The position numbers and the translations under genes were made by a program. Shown piece after piece: positions 29,917 to 38,342 of a stretch of DNA of 64,000 bases. Under the pieces are notes generated by a model. The model saw nothing but the letters and a program-made list of their open reading frames with translations, was not told where the DNA came from and made no database searches. The DNA lies in assembly GCA_964478735.1 (NCBI GenBank), contig CAYZJB010000004.1:15480-79479 (forward strand). Direction: 5' to 3'. Within the stretch, counting starts at the first letter, position 1. The number at the start of each line of letters is the position of its first letter. Source of the DNA: an uncultured Bacteroidota bacterium. Its GTDB lineage: Bacteria > CLD3 > SB21.

Positions 29917-30618
29917 CTAATTCTTGTTCTGTAAACTGAGCTTGTAGGTATGGTGCATACGCTGAATGGCAGTGAAGTTGGCCAGAACGGCTACGATCGC
30001 CAGCGGTACGGTAAAAACATACAGAGGTTTGAAAATCGGAATATCGTCATAAAACCAGATAAAGCCGGGATCGATGAAAAATGTCGAGAGCCCGCAAAAC
30101 AGCGAACCGACGCCCAACCACACGATCCGTTCCGCCCGCTGCATCAGTCCGACCTTGCATTCCAATTGAAGGGCTTCGGAGCGGGCTCGGATGTAGCTGA
30201 CCATCGTCGATCCGCCCAGCGCGATAAAACAGAAAACCGATTCATTAAAATAATTATGGGCAACGAGGTAATACCCCATTCCCAGAAACATCACGACTTC
30301 ACTGTAGCGATCCAACACGGAATCGTACAGGGCGCCGAAACGGGTTGCCTGGCCGGAACCGCGCGCAACCTTTCCGTCCAAAATGTCACAGATGCCGCCC
30401 ATGAGAATCCAGAAACCGCCCCAGCCGATATAGGCGAGATCGTCGCGTGAACCAAAACGAGCGCCCCACGCAAAACATCCGGCCCCGACGACGTTGAGCA
30501 TCAGACCGAGCGTGGTAAACCAGTTGGGATTGACACGAAATCTAGTAAATAACGTGATGGCAGGTTGGATGACGGTCAGAAAGCCGCGTTCCACAGCCTT
30601 GGGCAGCATGACACTCAA
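29917..30618 (-). CDS. CDP-alcohol phosphatidyltransferase family membrane protein (likely phosphatidylinositol-phosphate synthase given MIPS neighbour)
   Basis: DG(x2)AR(x8)G(x3)D(x3)D motif DILDGKVARGSGQATRFGALYDSVLD; multiple TM helices; 12 nt upstream of MIPS. Confidence 0.75.
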   Translation of the reverse strand: MSVMLPKAVERGFLTVIQPAITLFTRFRVNPNWFTTLGLMLNVVGAGCFAWGARFGSRDDLAYIGWGGFWILMGGICDILDGKVARGSGQATRFGALYDSVLDRYSEVVMFLGMGYYLVAHNYFNESVFCFIALGGSTMVSYIRARSEALQLECKVGLMQRAERIVWLGVGSLFCGLSTFFIDPGFIWFYDDIPIFKPLYVFTVPLAIVAVLANFTAIQRMHHTYKLSLQNKN

Positions 30619-30690
30619 GCAAAAACATCTCCGGGTTGATCAAAAAAACACGCGCGAATGTAGGCGGGGGGGTGGTAAAAATCAAGCAAC

Positions 30691-30725
30691 AAAAAAGCCC
30701 GGAACCCATGTTCCGGGCTTTTTAC
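30691..30725. terminator. bidirectional rho-independent terminator
   Basis: AAAAA-AGCCCGGAAC-ccat-GTTCCGGGCT-TTTTT. Confidence 0.75.
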
Positions 30726-30736
30726 TATCGGCTAAT

Positions 30737-31258
30737 TTACTTCAGGCGGATCAAGATTCCGAGATCGACACCGATCCGGGTTTCTTTGATTGCGCTGGGG
30801 GAAGTCTTAGTGAAATTGACTTCCGCGGTAATGGCGCCGCCTTCCATCGGCCAATATTTAATACCGACGCCGCCCATGATATTAAACGGAGCATCATCAC
30901 CGCCGGCTTTGCCTAACGGTCCATCACCGATTCCAAGATCCACGCCGACTTTGGCGTACGGCCACATTTTTTCTTTAGCTGCAAAGTGATAGGCGCCAAA
31001 CGCACCAATCTGGGCGCTAAACTTGTCATTGAAGGCATTGTCGCCACCAAACTTCAATATGGCTAGCTCGCCACCAACTTCAATCGCAGGAGTCAAAAAG
31101 AAACCTACGCCTGCAGCCGGACCAATCTGGCTGACTTCAGCTTCTGAAAGAGACGCAAAAAGAGGTCCGCCGAGTGAGAATTCCACCATGCCTTTGTCCG
31201 GCTGGGCAAAAGCCGTGGTCGTAAACAGGACGGCCACTGCTAACAGTAGCTTCTTCAT
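30737..31258 (-). CDS. small outer-membrane beta-barrel protein (OmpW/OmpA-barrel-like)
   Basis: signal peptide MKKLLLAVAVLFTTTAFA, glycine-rich amphipathic strands, 173 aa. Confidence 0.6.
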   Translation of the reverse strand: MKKLLLAVAVLFTTTAFAQPDKGMVEFSLGGPLFASLSEAEVSQIGPAAGVGFFLTPAIEVGGELAILKFGGDNAFNDKFSAQIGAFGAYHFAAKEKMWPYAKVGVDLGIGDGPLGKAGGDDAPFNIMGGVGIKYWPMEGGAITAEVNFTKTSPSAIKETRIGVDLGILIRLK

Positions 31259-31626
31259 GTCGTTTCTCCTTTAGTTAGGTTATTACTCCTCTTCCCTGAT
31301 TGGGAAAAGATAGGGACACTGCTTGAATCAACGTTTGTGGGTGAAAGTAAACGCAAGGACCGGGCTATTTGATCCGTCATGCGTTGGAAGTTTGGTTGAA
31401 AAGAACCGCGTTAAGGTAGAACGGAATTTCAGTAATGTCAAACGGATATTTACCATTACCAGTGATAACAGTTTGTTTCAAATAAACACTCCAAAGAATG
31501 ACGGACGTCAAGTCTATGCCGTGTCAAGAACATATAAAAAATCGAAAACAAGGCTGCCAGCGTGCGGTTCACATACTGTTCAACAAGAAGACAAATGACT
31601 TGAAACTTTGTTGCCGATCTTGGATA

Positions 31627-32529
31627 ATGGTGCCTATGATACGTCTGTGGGTCGCGATTAGTTTCATCACCGTCGTGCCACAACTGCTCGCACAGACCGC
31701 GATAACCGTACTTTTTACCAACAACACGAACGGCATCGCGGAAATCTGCGATTGCGGAACCGTACCGCTCGGCGGCCTGGCGCGGCGAAAGAGTTTTTTT
31801 GAATCCGTACAAAAACGGACGTCCGCTGTTCTCAAACTCGATGCGGGCGATTTCCTCGATGCCTTCGGATTCAATGCTAAAAAAGATGAACTCGTCATTC
31901 AACTTTATCGCGAACTGGGATATGATGCCGTCAATATCGGCGATCAGGAGTTTGCCAACGGCAGCGAGTTTATCCGGCAACAACTCCTTCGTTCGGAATT
32001 GCCCTTGATCTCGGCGAACCTTGGGTCCGGTGCAAATCCGTTGTCCGTCGAAAGCCGCGTTGTTATAACCAGACAAAACCTCCGCATCGGCGTGGTCGGG
32101 TATCTCCCATGGTCGAGTTTTTTGTATTTTTCCGATAAGACAAAGTTGCCCGTGAAACCGTACGGGGATGGTCTGGACCAACTTCAAAAATCAGTAGACG
32201 ACCTTCGACCGCAGGTCGACCTGTTGATCGTACTTTCGCAGGCCGGTTTTGAGAACGACGTCGAGTGGACTGAAAAAATCCACGGTGTGGACGTCGTCAT
32301 CGGCGGCCACAGCCAGACGGAATTGACGGCTCCTTACCGGCAGGCGGAAACCGTCATCGTTCAGGCCGGAAGCGGTGGAACACACGTCGGCAAGTTGGAT
32401 CTGGTTTTGCGGAACAAACAATGGACGGTTTCAGACTATCGTCTGGTTCCTCTCGATTCAACGATTCCGGAAGACACGAAGTTTCGGCTCGCGATCGATC
32501 GTTTTGAAAAACAAAAAGTCAAAAAATGA
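31627..32529 (+). CDS. 5'-nucleotidase/metallophosphoesterase-like secreted protein with degenerate metal-binding motifs
   Basis: signal peptide; LDAGD, NIGDQEF (cf. GNHEF), VIGGHSQ (cf. GGHSH), TNNTNG in place of the canonical DxH. Confidence 0.55.
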   Translation: MVPMIRLWVAISFITVVPQLLAQTAITVLFTNNTNGIAEICDCGTVPLGGLARRKSFFESVQKRTSAVLKLDAGDFLDAFGFNAKKDELVIQLYRELGYDAVNIGDQEFANGSEFIRQQLLRSELPLISANLGSGANPLSVESRVVITRQNLRIGVVGYLPWSSFLYFSDKTKLPVKPYGDGLDQLQKSVDDLRPQVDLLIVLSQAGFENDVEWTEKIHGVDVVIGGHSQTELTAPYRQAETVIVQAGSGGTHVGKLDLVLRNKQWTVSDYRLVPLDSTIPEDTKFRLAIDRFEKQKVKK

Positions 32530-32658
32530 GTTTGACGATCGTACCATTCCGGGGCATCCATAAGGCCGGGTGTGACGCCTTCGTATGCCCCCGATATGTC
32601 CTTGAATTCAACCGGTGAATCAGTCTACTTTTGAGACGACTGGTCATTACATAATCAC

Positions 32659-34047
32659 ATGACGCAACCCAAAATCGCACATCCGTTCAAGTTTCCAATC
32701 CTCGGGCAATCCTCCGACACGGCCGTTCCCCGGTCCGGCAGAAAAAACAAAGTAGCCTTTATCACCCTGGGATGTCCCAAAAACCAGGTCGACAGTGAAA
32801 TCATGATGGGCAATCTGCATCATTCTCGGATTGTCGAACGTGCGGAAGAGGCGGACACGATCGTGATCAATACCTGCGGCTTTATCGAAAGCGCCAAACA
32901 GGAATCCATCGACACGATCCTTGGAGCGATCCGGTTGAAGGAAACCTCGGCGAAACAGGGACACTGCAAGCGCGTCATCGTGACGGGTTGTCTGTCGGAA
33001 CGCTATCGGGATGAAATGAAAAAAGAATTGCCGGAAGTGGACGCGATGTTTGGCGTTCATGAATTCGATAAAGTCAATCAGGCCGTCGAGGGACATTATC
33101 AGCAGATTTTCCTGTCGGATCGTAAGCTTCTGAACGGGGGCCATTTTGCCTATCTAAAGATTTCCGAAGGCTGCAACCAGCGTTGCGGGTTTTGTTATAT
33201 CCCCATGATCCGCGGCAATCTGGTGAGCAAGTCCATCGAAGAAAACGTGGCCGAGGCGAGGATGCTGGCCGAGCGCGGAGTGAAAGAACTGATCGTCATT
33301 TCACAGGATACGTCGTCGTACGGTTACGACTTTGACCACAGCGCGGAAAACCGTCGTAACAACGTTCATCTGATCAAATTACTTCATCATCTCTCGGCGA
33401 TCGGCGGCATCGAATGGATCCGCCTCATGTATCTTTACCCGTCTATTTTTTCGGATGACTTGATCGAGACGATCGCCGAGTTGCCCAACGTTTGTAAATA
33501 CGTCGATCTTCCGGTTCAGCATATCTCCGATCGCATGCTGGCATCGATGCGGCGGCAGACGACGCAGTCGCAGACGCTGGATCTACTGGCGAAGATTCGT
33601 GAACGGATACCGGAGGCGGCCATCCGGACGTCGCTGATCGTGGGATACCCGGGAGAGACCGACTCCGATTTTCAGCAATTGTACGACTTTGTCGAGTCGA
33701 TCCGATTCGACCGTCTTGGCGTGTTTACGTATTCGCGCGAAGAGGGTACGATGGCATACGATCTGAACGATCAGGTACCCGATGCCGTCAAACGTGAACG
33801 GGCCGACCGTCTCATGCAGCTTCAACAGGAAATTTCTTACGAAAAAAACATCCGACGGGTCGGTCAGGCGTTTCGCGTGTTGATCGATCGCCGGGAAGAA
33901 CAAACGTGGATCGGCCGCACGCAATATGACGCTCCGGAAATTGACAATGAGGTCGTTGTCTCCGGAACGGCCCTGCAGGTCGGCAATTTCGTCGACGTAC
34001 GCGTGACCGATGCCATGGAGTACGATCTGATCGGACAATCCATTTAA
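32659..34047 (+). CDS. rimO: ribosomal protein S12 methylthiotransferase RimO (radical SAM)
   Basis: KVAFITLGCPKNQVDSE MTTase N-domain, CNQRCGFCYIP radical-SAM cysteines, TRAM-like C-terminus. Confidence 0.85.
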   Translation: MTQPKIAHPFKFPILGQSSDTAVPRSGRKNKVAFITLGCPKNQVDSEIMMGNLHHSRIVERAEEADTIVINTCGFIESAKQESIDTILGAIRLKETSAKQGHCKRVIVTGCLSERYRDEMKKELPEVDAMFGVHEFDKVNQAVEGHYQQIFLSDRKLLNGGHFAYLKISEGCNQRCGFCYIPMIRGNLVSKSIEENVAEARMLAERGVKELIVISQDTSSYGYDFDHSAENRRNNVHLIKLLHHLSAIGGIEWIRLMYLYPSIFSDDLIETIAELPNVCKYVDLPVQHISDRMLASMRRQTTQSQTLDLLAKIRERIPEAAIRTSLIVGYPGETDSDFQQLYDFVESIRFDRLGVFTYSREEGTMAYDLNDQVPDAVKRERADRLMQLQQEISYEKNIRRVGQAFRVLIDRREEQTWIGRTQYDAPEIDNEVVVSGTALQVGNFVDVRVTDAMEYDLIGQSI

Positions 34048-34060
34048 CAAGGGAATATCC

Positions 34061-35380
34061 ATGAAACTCCGAAAAGCCGTGTTGGGTTTGGTGGTTGCCG
34101 TGTCCTCCGTCGTGGCTCAAAAAGGCGCCGGCGGTCCGTTTTTTTTTCTCGATGCGGCCAATTTTGCCTCGCGCGACACCAACCTCGGCAGGATCGAAGT
34201 GTTCGTCAAAGTCGCCCATTCCGAGCTCGTGTTTTCCCGGTTTCAGACGGATTTTTTTCGGGCCCAGTACGAACTGACGTTTCAGATCTTCGATAAGGAA
34301 AAAAATCTCGTCAAACGCGACATTCAGGACCGGGAAATTCGTTTGTCGACGTATCAGGAAACGACGTCCGATGTGAAATTTCACTTCAGCCGTCTGACGA
34401 CCGACCTGGCGCCGGGCGACTACACGCTGATCGTTAACCTGACGGACCGGGAAACGCAAAAATCCGGCCAGCGTCAACTGGAAATTCCGGTCCGCGGATT
34501 TCGCGACCGCCCCGTCGGCATCAGTGATCTTATTTTCGCCGATCGTATTCAGAAAGACACACTCCTCGACATCGTGAATATTGTACCCAACGTATTCAAG
34601 AGTTTTGACAACGAGTACAAAAATTACGCGGTGTATTTTGAAATTTACAATGAACGGCTGGCGTACAAGTATCGCGACGAACAAGGAAAGATTCCGAAAG
34701 ACACGGACGACGTTAAAATTCATTATCGCGTGCTGGATAAAAATCAAAAACTCGTAATGGAAGACAGCCTTGAGAAAAAGGTATGGCAATTTCAAACGTT
34801 CAGTTCGGTCGAGATCAACAAAGGGGCATTGAGCTTTGGGAAGTACATCCTTGACGTGACCGTCCAGAAAGGTCCACACCGGGCGTCGACAAAATCGATC
34901 TTTGACGTGCGATTGTCCGCTTTTACTGCACCCTCACTTGCCGTGCAGACGTTCGATCTGGATCAGGCGATCAAACAAATGCGTCACATCGCGCGAAACG
35001 AAAACCTGTCCAAGATCCTGAAAAAACCCCAGTCGGAGAAACAGGAATTCTTCAAAGCGTTCTGGAAGCAGCGGGATCCATCGCCGGAAACCGAACGCAA
35101 CGAGTTGATGGAGGAATACTACCGCCGGATCGATTATGCCAACCGCTATTTTACGTCGGGTTTTCGTGAAGGCTGGGATACCGACCGCGGCATGGTTTAC
35201 ATCATCCTGAGTGCTCCCGACGATATTGAGCGTCATCCTTACGAGGCGAATTCCCAGCCGTACGAGATCTGGTATTTTTACAGCGCCAATCTGAAACTGG
35301 TCTTTGTCGATTTCAACGCCGTTGGCGACTACGAATTGTACAACCGTCTCGATTTTGAGAACTATATCGCCCTGCGCTAA
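34061..35380 (+). CDS. GWxTD-domain secreted protein
   Basis: signal peptide; C-terminal ...FWKQRDP...YYRRIDYANRYF...GWDTDRGMVYIILSAPDDIERHP...YEIWYFY. Confidence 0.7.
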   Translation: MKLRKAVLGLVVAVSSVVAQKGAGGPFFFLDAANFASRDTNLGRIEVFVKVAHSELVFSRFQTDFFRAQYELTFQIFDKEKNLVKRDIQDREIRLSTYQETTSDVKFHFSRLTTDLAPGDYTLIVNLTDRETQKSGQRQLEIPVRGFRDRPVGISDLIFADRIQKDTLLDIVNIVPNVFKSFDNEYKNYAVYFEIYNERLAYKYRDEQGKIPKDTDDVKIHYRVLDKNQKLVMEDSLEKKVWQFQTFSSVEINKGALSFGKYILDVTVQKGPHRASTKSIFDVRLSAFTAPSLAVQTFDLDQAIKQMRHIARNENLSKILKKPQSEKQEFFKAFWKQRDPSPETERNELMEEYYRRIDYANRYFTSGFREGWDTDRGMVYIILSAPDDIERHPYEANSQPYEIWYFYSANLKLVFVDFNAVGDYELYNRLDFENYIALR

Positions 35381-35882
35381 ACTCCTCATCATTACGGGAT
35401 TGCCCCACGTCGGCAAAACAACGGCCGTGGAACGCATTGCAGCGGCCAGTCCGGTACCGGCCTGTGGCTTTGTCACGCATGCCGTTTGGGAAAACGGATA
35501 TCGCGTTGCGCTGGATTGGGTCAACCACCGTCGTTGCACCTACCGCGTGGCGCGCCGGCAAGAACAAAAAAATGGCGGGTTTTTTGTCGTGGAGGATGAT
35601 ACTTTGACGCGTGCGCTGGCGGACACTTTTTCCGATGTCGACGCATCAATGTTGATCTACATGGATGAAGTAGGCAGCCTGTATTGTCGGTCGGACGATT
35701 TTGTCCGGTCCATCCGGTCCTTTATCGGTTGGTACCCGATGGTCGTGAGTATGCAGACTCGCGGACACGCTTTTCTTGAGGAAATGGTTCGATATACGAA
35801 TGCCGTCACGCTAGAGCTGACGGGCGACAACCGGGACGACGTCCCGACGGAGGCTTTGCGTGAACTCTTCTCCCGCATCTGA
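35304..35882 (+). CDS. P-loop NTPase (THEP1/COG1618-like); true start uncertain (possibly TTG/ATT near 35352-35390)
   Basis: LLIITGLPHVGKTTAVERI Walker A near N-terminus; overlaps 3' end of upstream gene. Confidence 0.5.
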   Translation: MSISTPLATTNCTTVSILRTISPCAKLLIITGLPHVGKTTAVERIAAASPVPACGFVTHAVWENGYRVALDWVNHRRCTYRVARRQEQKNGGFFVVEDDTLTRALADTFSDVDASMLIYMDEVGSLYCRSDDFVRSIRSFIGWYPMVVSMQTRGHAFLEEMVRYTNAVTLELTGDNRDDVPTEALRELFSRI

Positions 35883-36771
35883 TGCGAATTTTCATTCCGG
35901 CTACGTGACGATTCTCGGCCGTCCCAACGCCGGTAAATCCACGCTGCTCAACAGCCTCCTGAATTTCAAATTGTCCATCGTTTCTCCCAAGCCCCAAACG
36001 ACCCGCCGCCGGGTTCTCGGAATATGGAACGGGCCGTCGGCGCAGATTGTTTTTCTCGACACGCCGGGGCTGATCGATCCGCGATACCGACTTCAGGAAC
36101 GCATGATGAACTATGCCGCCGACGCGGTGGCCACGGCCGACGTGCTGCTTCCGATCGTCGACGCAACCGAATTCGCCGCCCACGATGGAGTCGAGACGCT
36201 GCGTCCGTATCTCGAAAAGGCCTCGCGGCCGCGCCTGCTTCTGTTAAATAAAATCGACAAGATCGCGAAGGACCACCTTCTGCCGATGATCGATCATTAT
36301 CATCGATTGGACTGGTTCAAGGAAATCATTCCCGTTTCGGCATTGACGGGAGATGGATTGGATCGCGTGAAATACAGCCTGATCGAATCGCTTCCGGTTC
36401 ATACGCCATACTACGATCCGGAAATATTGACCGAACAGCCGGAAAGGTTTTTTGTCACGGAGATCATTCGCGAAAAAATATTCGAACAGTTTTCCGAGGA
36501 AATTCCGTATTCAACGGACGTCACGGTGGACGAGTTCAAAGAAAAAAAAGGCCGCAAAGATTTTATTAAAGTCTCGATCATCGTCGAGCGGGCGTCGCAG
36601 AAAGCGATTTTGATCGGCAAACAGGGATCGGCGCTCAAAACACTGGGTGCCGAAGCGAGAAAAGATATCGAACAATTTCTCGGCCGGCCCGTTTTTTTGG
36701 AGCTGTGGGTGAAAGTTCAGGAAAAATGGAGAGACGACGATACCAAATTGCGACGATTGGGTTACGCCTGA
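35860..36771 (+). CDS. era: GTPase Era
   Basis: GYVTILGRPNAGKSTLLN G1, DTPG G3, NKID G4, C-terminal KH domain. Confidence 0.9.
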   Translation: MNSSPASDANFHSGYVTILGRPNAGKSTLLNSLLNFKLSIVSPKPQTTRRRVLGIWNGPSAQIVFLDTPGLIDPRYRLQERMMNYAADAVATADVLLPIVDATEFAAHDGVETLRPYLEKASRPRLLLLNKIDKIAKDHLLPMIDHYHRLDWFKEIIPVSALTGDGLDRVKYSLIESLPVHTPYYDPEILTEQPERFFVTEIIREKIFEQFSEEIPYSTDVTVDEFKEKKGRKDFIKVSIIVERASQKAILIGKQGSALKTLGAEARKDIEQFLGRPVFLELWVKVQEKWRDDDTKLRRLGYA

Positions 36772-37103
36772 TAGGAAATATTTTTATTCTCGTCGTGGCC
36801 TGTCAGGCGCCCGATCGGAGTCCCGGCCAAGTGGCAAGAGAATTTGCGTCGTCCTACCGTGACGGGATACGGGATTCCTCTTTTTACCGCCTCGTGGTCG
36901 GGAACGCCAAAAAAAAGCTGGCCCATGACCGCACCGATTTACAATCGATACAGATGGTTATAACGGACAGTGCATTGGAAAACGGGCAATCGGTATTTAC
37001 ATTTCGGCTGACCGAGCCCGGTTCGACGGTTCTTCCGCAGGAGCCATCGTTTCTGGAGGTCCGAATCGACTCCGGTAAGGTCATCGATTATCGTTTTCGC
37101 TAA
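36705..37103 (+). CDS. small lipoprotein, hypothetical
   Basis: MERRRYQ...ILVVAC lipobox signal; overlaps last 67 nt of era in another frame. Confidence 0.45.
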   Translation: MGESSGKMERRRYQIATIGLRLIGNIFILVVACQAPDRSPGQVAREFASSYRDGIRDSSFYRLVVGNAKKKLAHDRTDLQSIQMVITDSALENGQSVFTFRLTEPGSTVLPQEPSFLEVRIDSGKVIDYRFR

Positions 37104-37109
37104 AGAAAC

Positions 37110-38342
37110 ATGATTTCAGTCGAAGAAGCATTGCACATCGTATCGGCCCACGCGTTTCCTCTGGAAACGGAGCGCGTGACGCTGGAGGAAGCGGCCGGGC
37201 GAACACTGCGAGAGGACGTAATCAGTCCGGATGCCATTCCGCCGTTTGACAATTCTGCCGTCGACGGTTATGCCGTGAAAATATCCGATCTGTCCGAGGC
37301 ATCCCAATGGCGACCGGTCATGCTGACTTTGAAAGGGGTGGTGGGTGCCGGTCAAACACCGGAGCACACGCTTCGCGCAGGAGAAGCGTTTCAGATTATG
37401 ACGGGTGCGCCGCTGCCGACGGGAACCGAGGCCGTCGTCATGATCGAACAAACGGAAAAACTGCCCGATGGCAGGATCGGATTTATTGCGCCTGTGCATG
37501 CCGGCGACAATTGCCGCCGCGCGGGCGAAGACCTGTCCGCTGGACAGAAAATCCTTTCGTCGGGAGACGTTTTGCGTCCCTACGATGTCGGATTGTGCGC
37601 AACCGTCGGTCGCGACCGTCTTGCCGTAACGCGCAAGCCGCGTGTCGCCATCGTTGCGACCGGCAGCGAACTGGTGCCGCCCGGTCAACCTTTGAAGGGA
37701 GGACAAATCCGGGCGAGTACGGGTTATGCGCTGCACGGTCTGATCGAATCGGCCGGCGGCGAGGCCATCGACTATGGGATTGTCCGCGATGATCCTGAAG
37801 AAACCCGGCGCGTACTTTCCGAGGCGACTTCATGCGACGTCATACTGACTTGCGGCGGCGTTTCCATGGGGGAATTCGACTACGTCCGTCCGGCGATGGA
37901 AGAACTGAAAATCACGACCCATTTTTGGAAAGTACGTCAGCGTCCCGGTAAACCACTGGTGTTCGGCACGCGGGAGCGGCACCTGTTTTTCGGATTACCC
38001 GGCAATCCGGTAAGTTCGCTGATCTGTTTTGAGATTTACGTACGGCCCTGTCTTCATCGATTGCTCGGACGTTCGGGAGATGACGGAAAGCGGATCAAAG
38101 CAATGGCGGCTCAAAGCATTGCCTCCAAATCGGGTTTACATCAATTTATCCGCGTGCGTCTGGAGTATTCCGACGGCCGGTGGAAAGCATGGCCGTACGG
38201 TAAACAAAGTTCCGGTGTGCTCTCGACATTATCCGCGGCGCACGGTCTGCTGGAAATTCCGGAAAACGCTCCGGACGTTTGCGTCGGGGACGAGGCCGAC
38301 GTTTTGATTTTGAATGAACGTGCAATACTGGAGCAATTGTAA
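37110..38342 (+). CDS. moeA: molybdopterin molybdenumtransferase MoeA
   Basis: MoeA N/central MoCF-binding (GGVSMGEFD) and C-terminal domains, 410 aa. Confidence 0.85.
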   Translation: MISVEEALHIVSAHAFPLETERVTLEEAAGRTLREDVISPDAIPPFDNSAVDGYAVKISDLSEASQWRPVMLTLKGVVGAGQTPEHTLRAGEAFQIMTGAPLPTGTEAVVMIEQTEKLPDGRIGFIAPVHAGDNCRRAGEDLSAGQKILSSGDVLRPYDVGLCATVGRDRLAVTRKPRVAIVATGSELVPPGQPLKGGQIRASTGYALHGLIESAGGEAIDYGIVRDDPEETRRVLSEATSCDVILTCGGVSMGEFDYVRPAMEELKITTHFWKVRQRPGKPLVFGTRERHLFFGLPGNPVSSLICFEIYVRPCLHRLLGRSGDDGKRIKAMAAQSIASKSGLHQFIRVRLEYSDGRWKAWPYGKQSSGVLSTLSAAHGLLEIPENAPDVCVGDEADVLILNERAILEQL

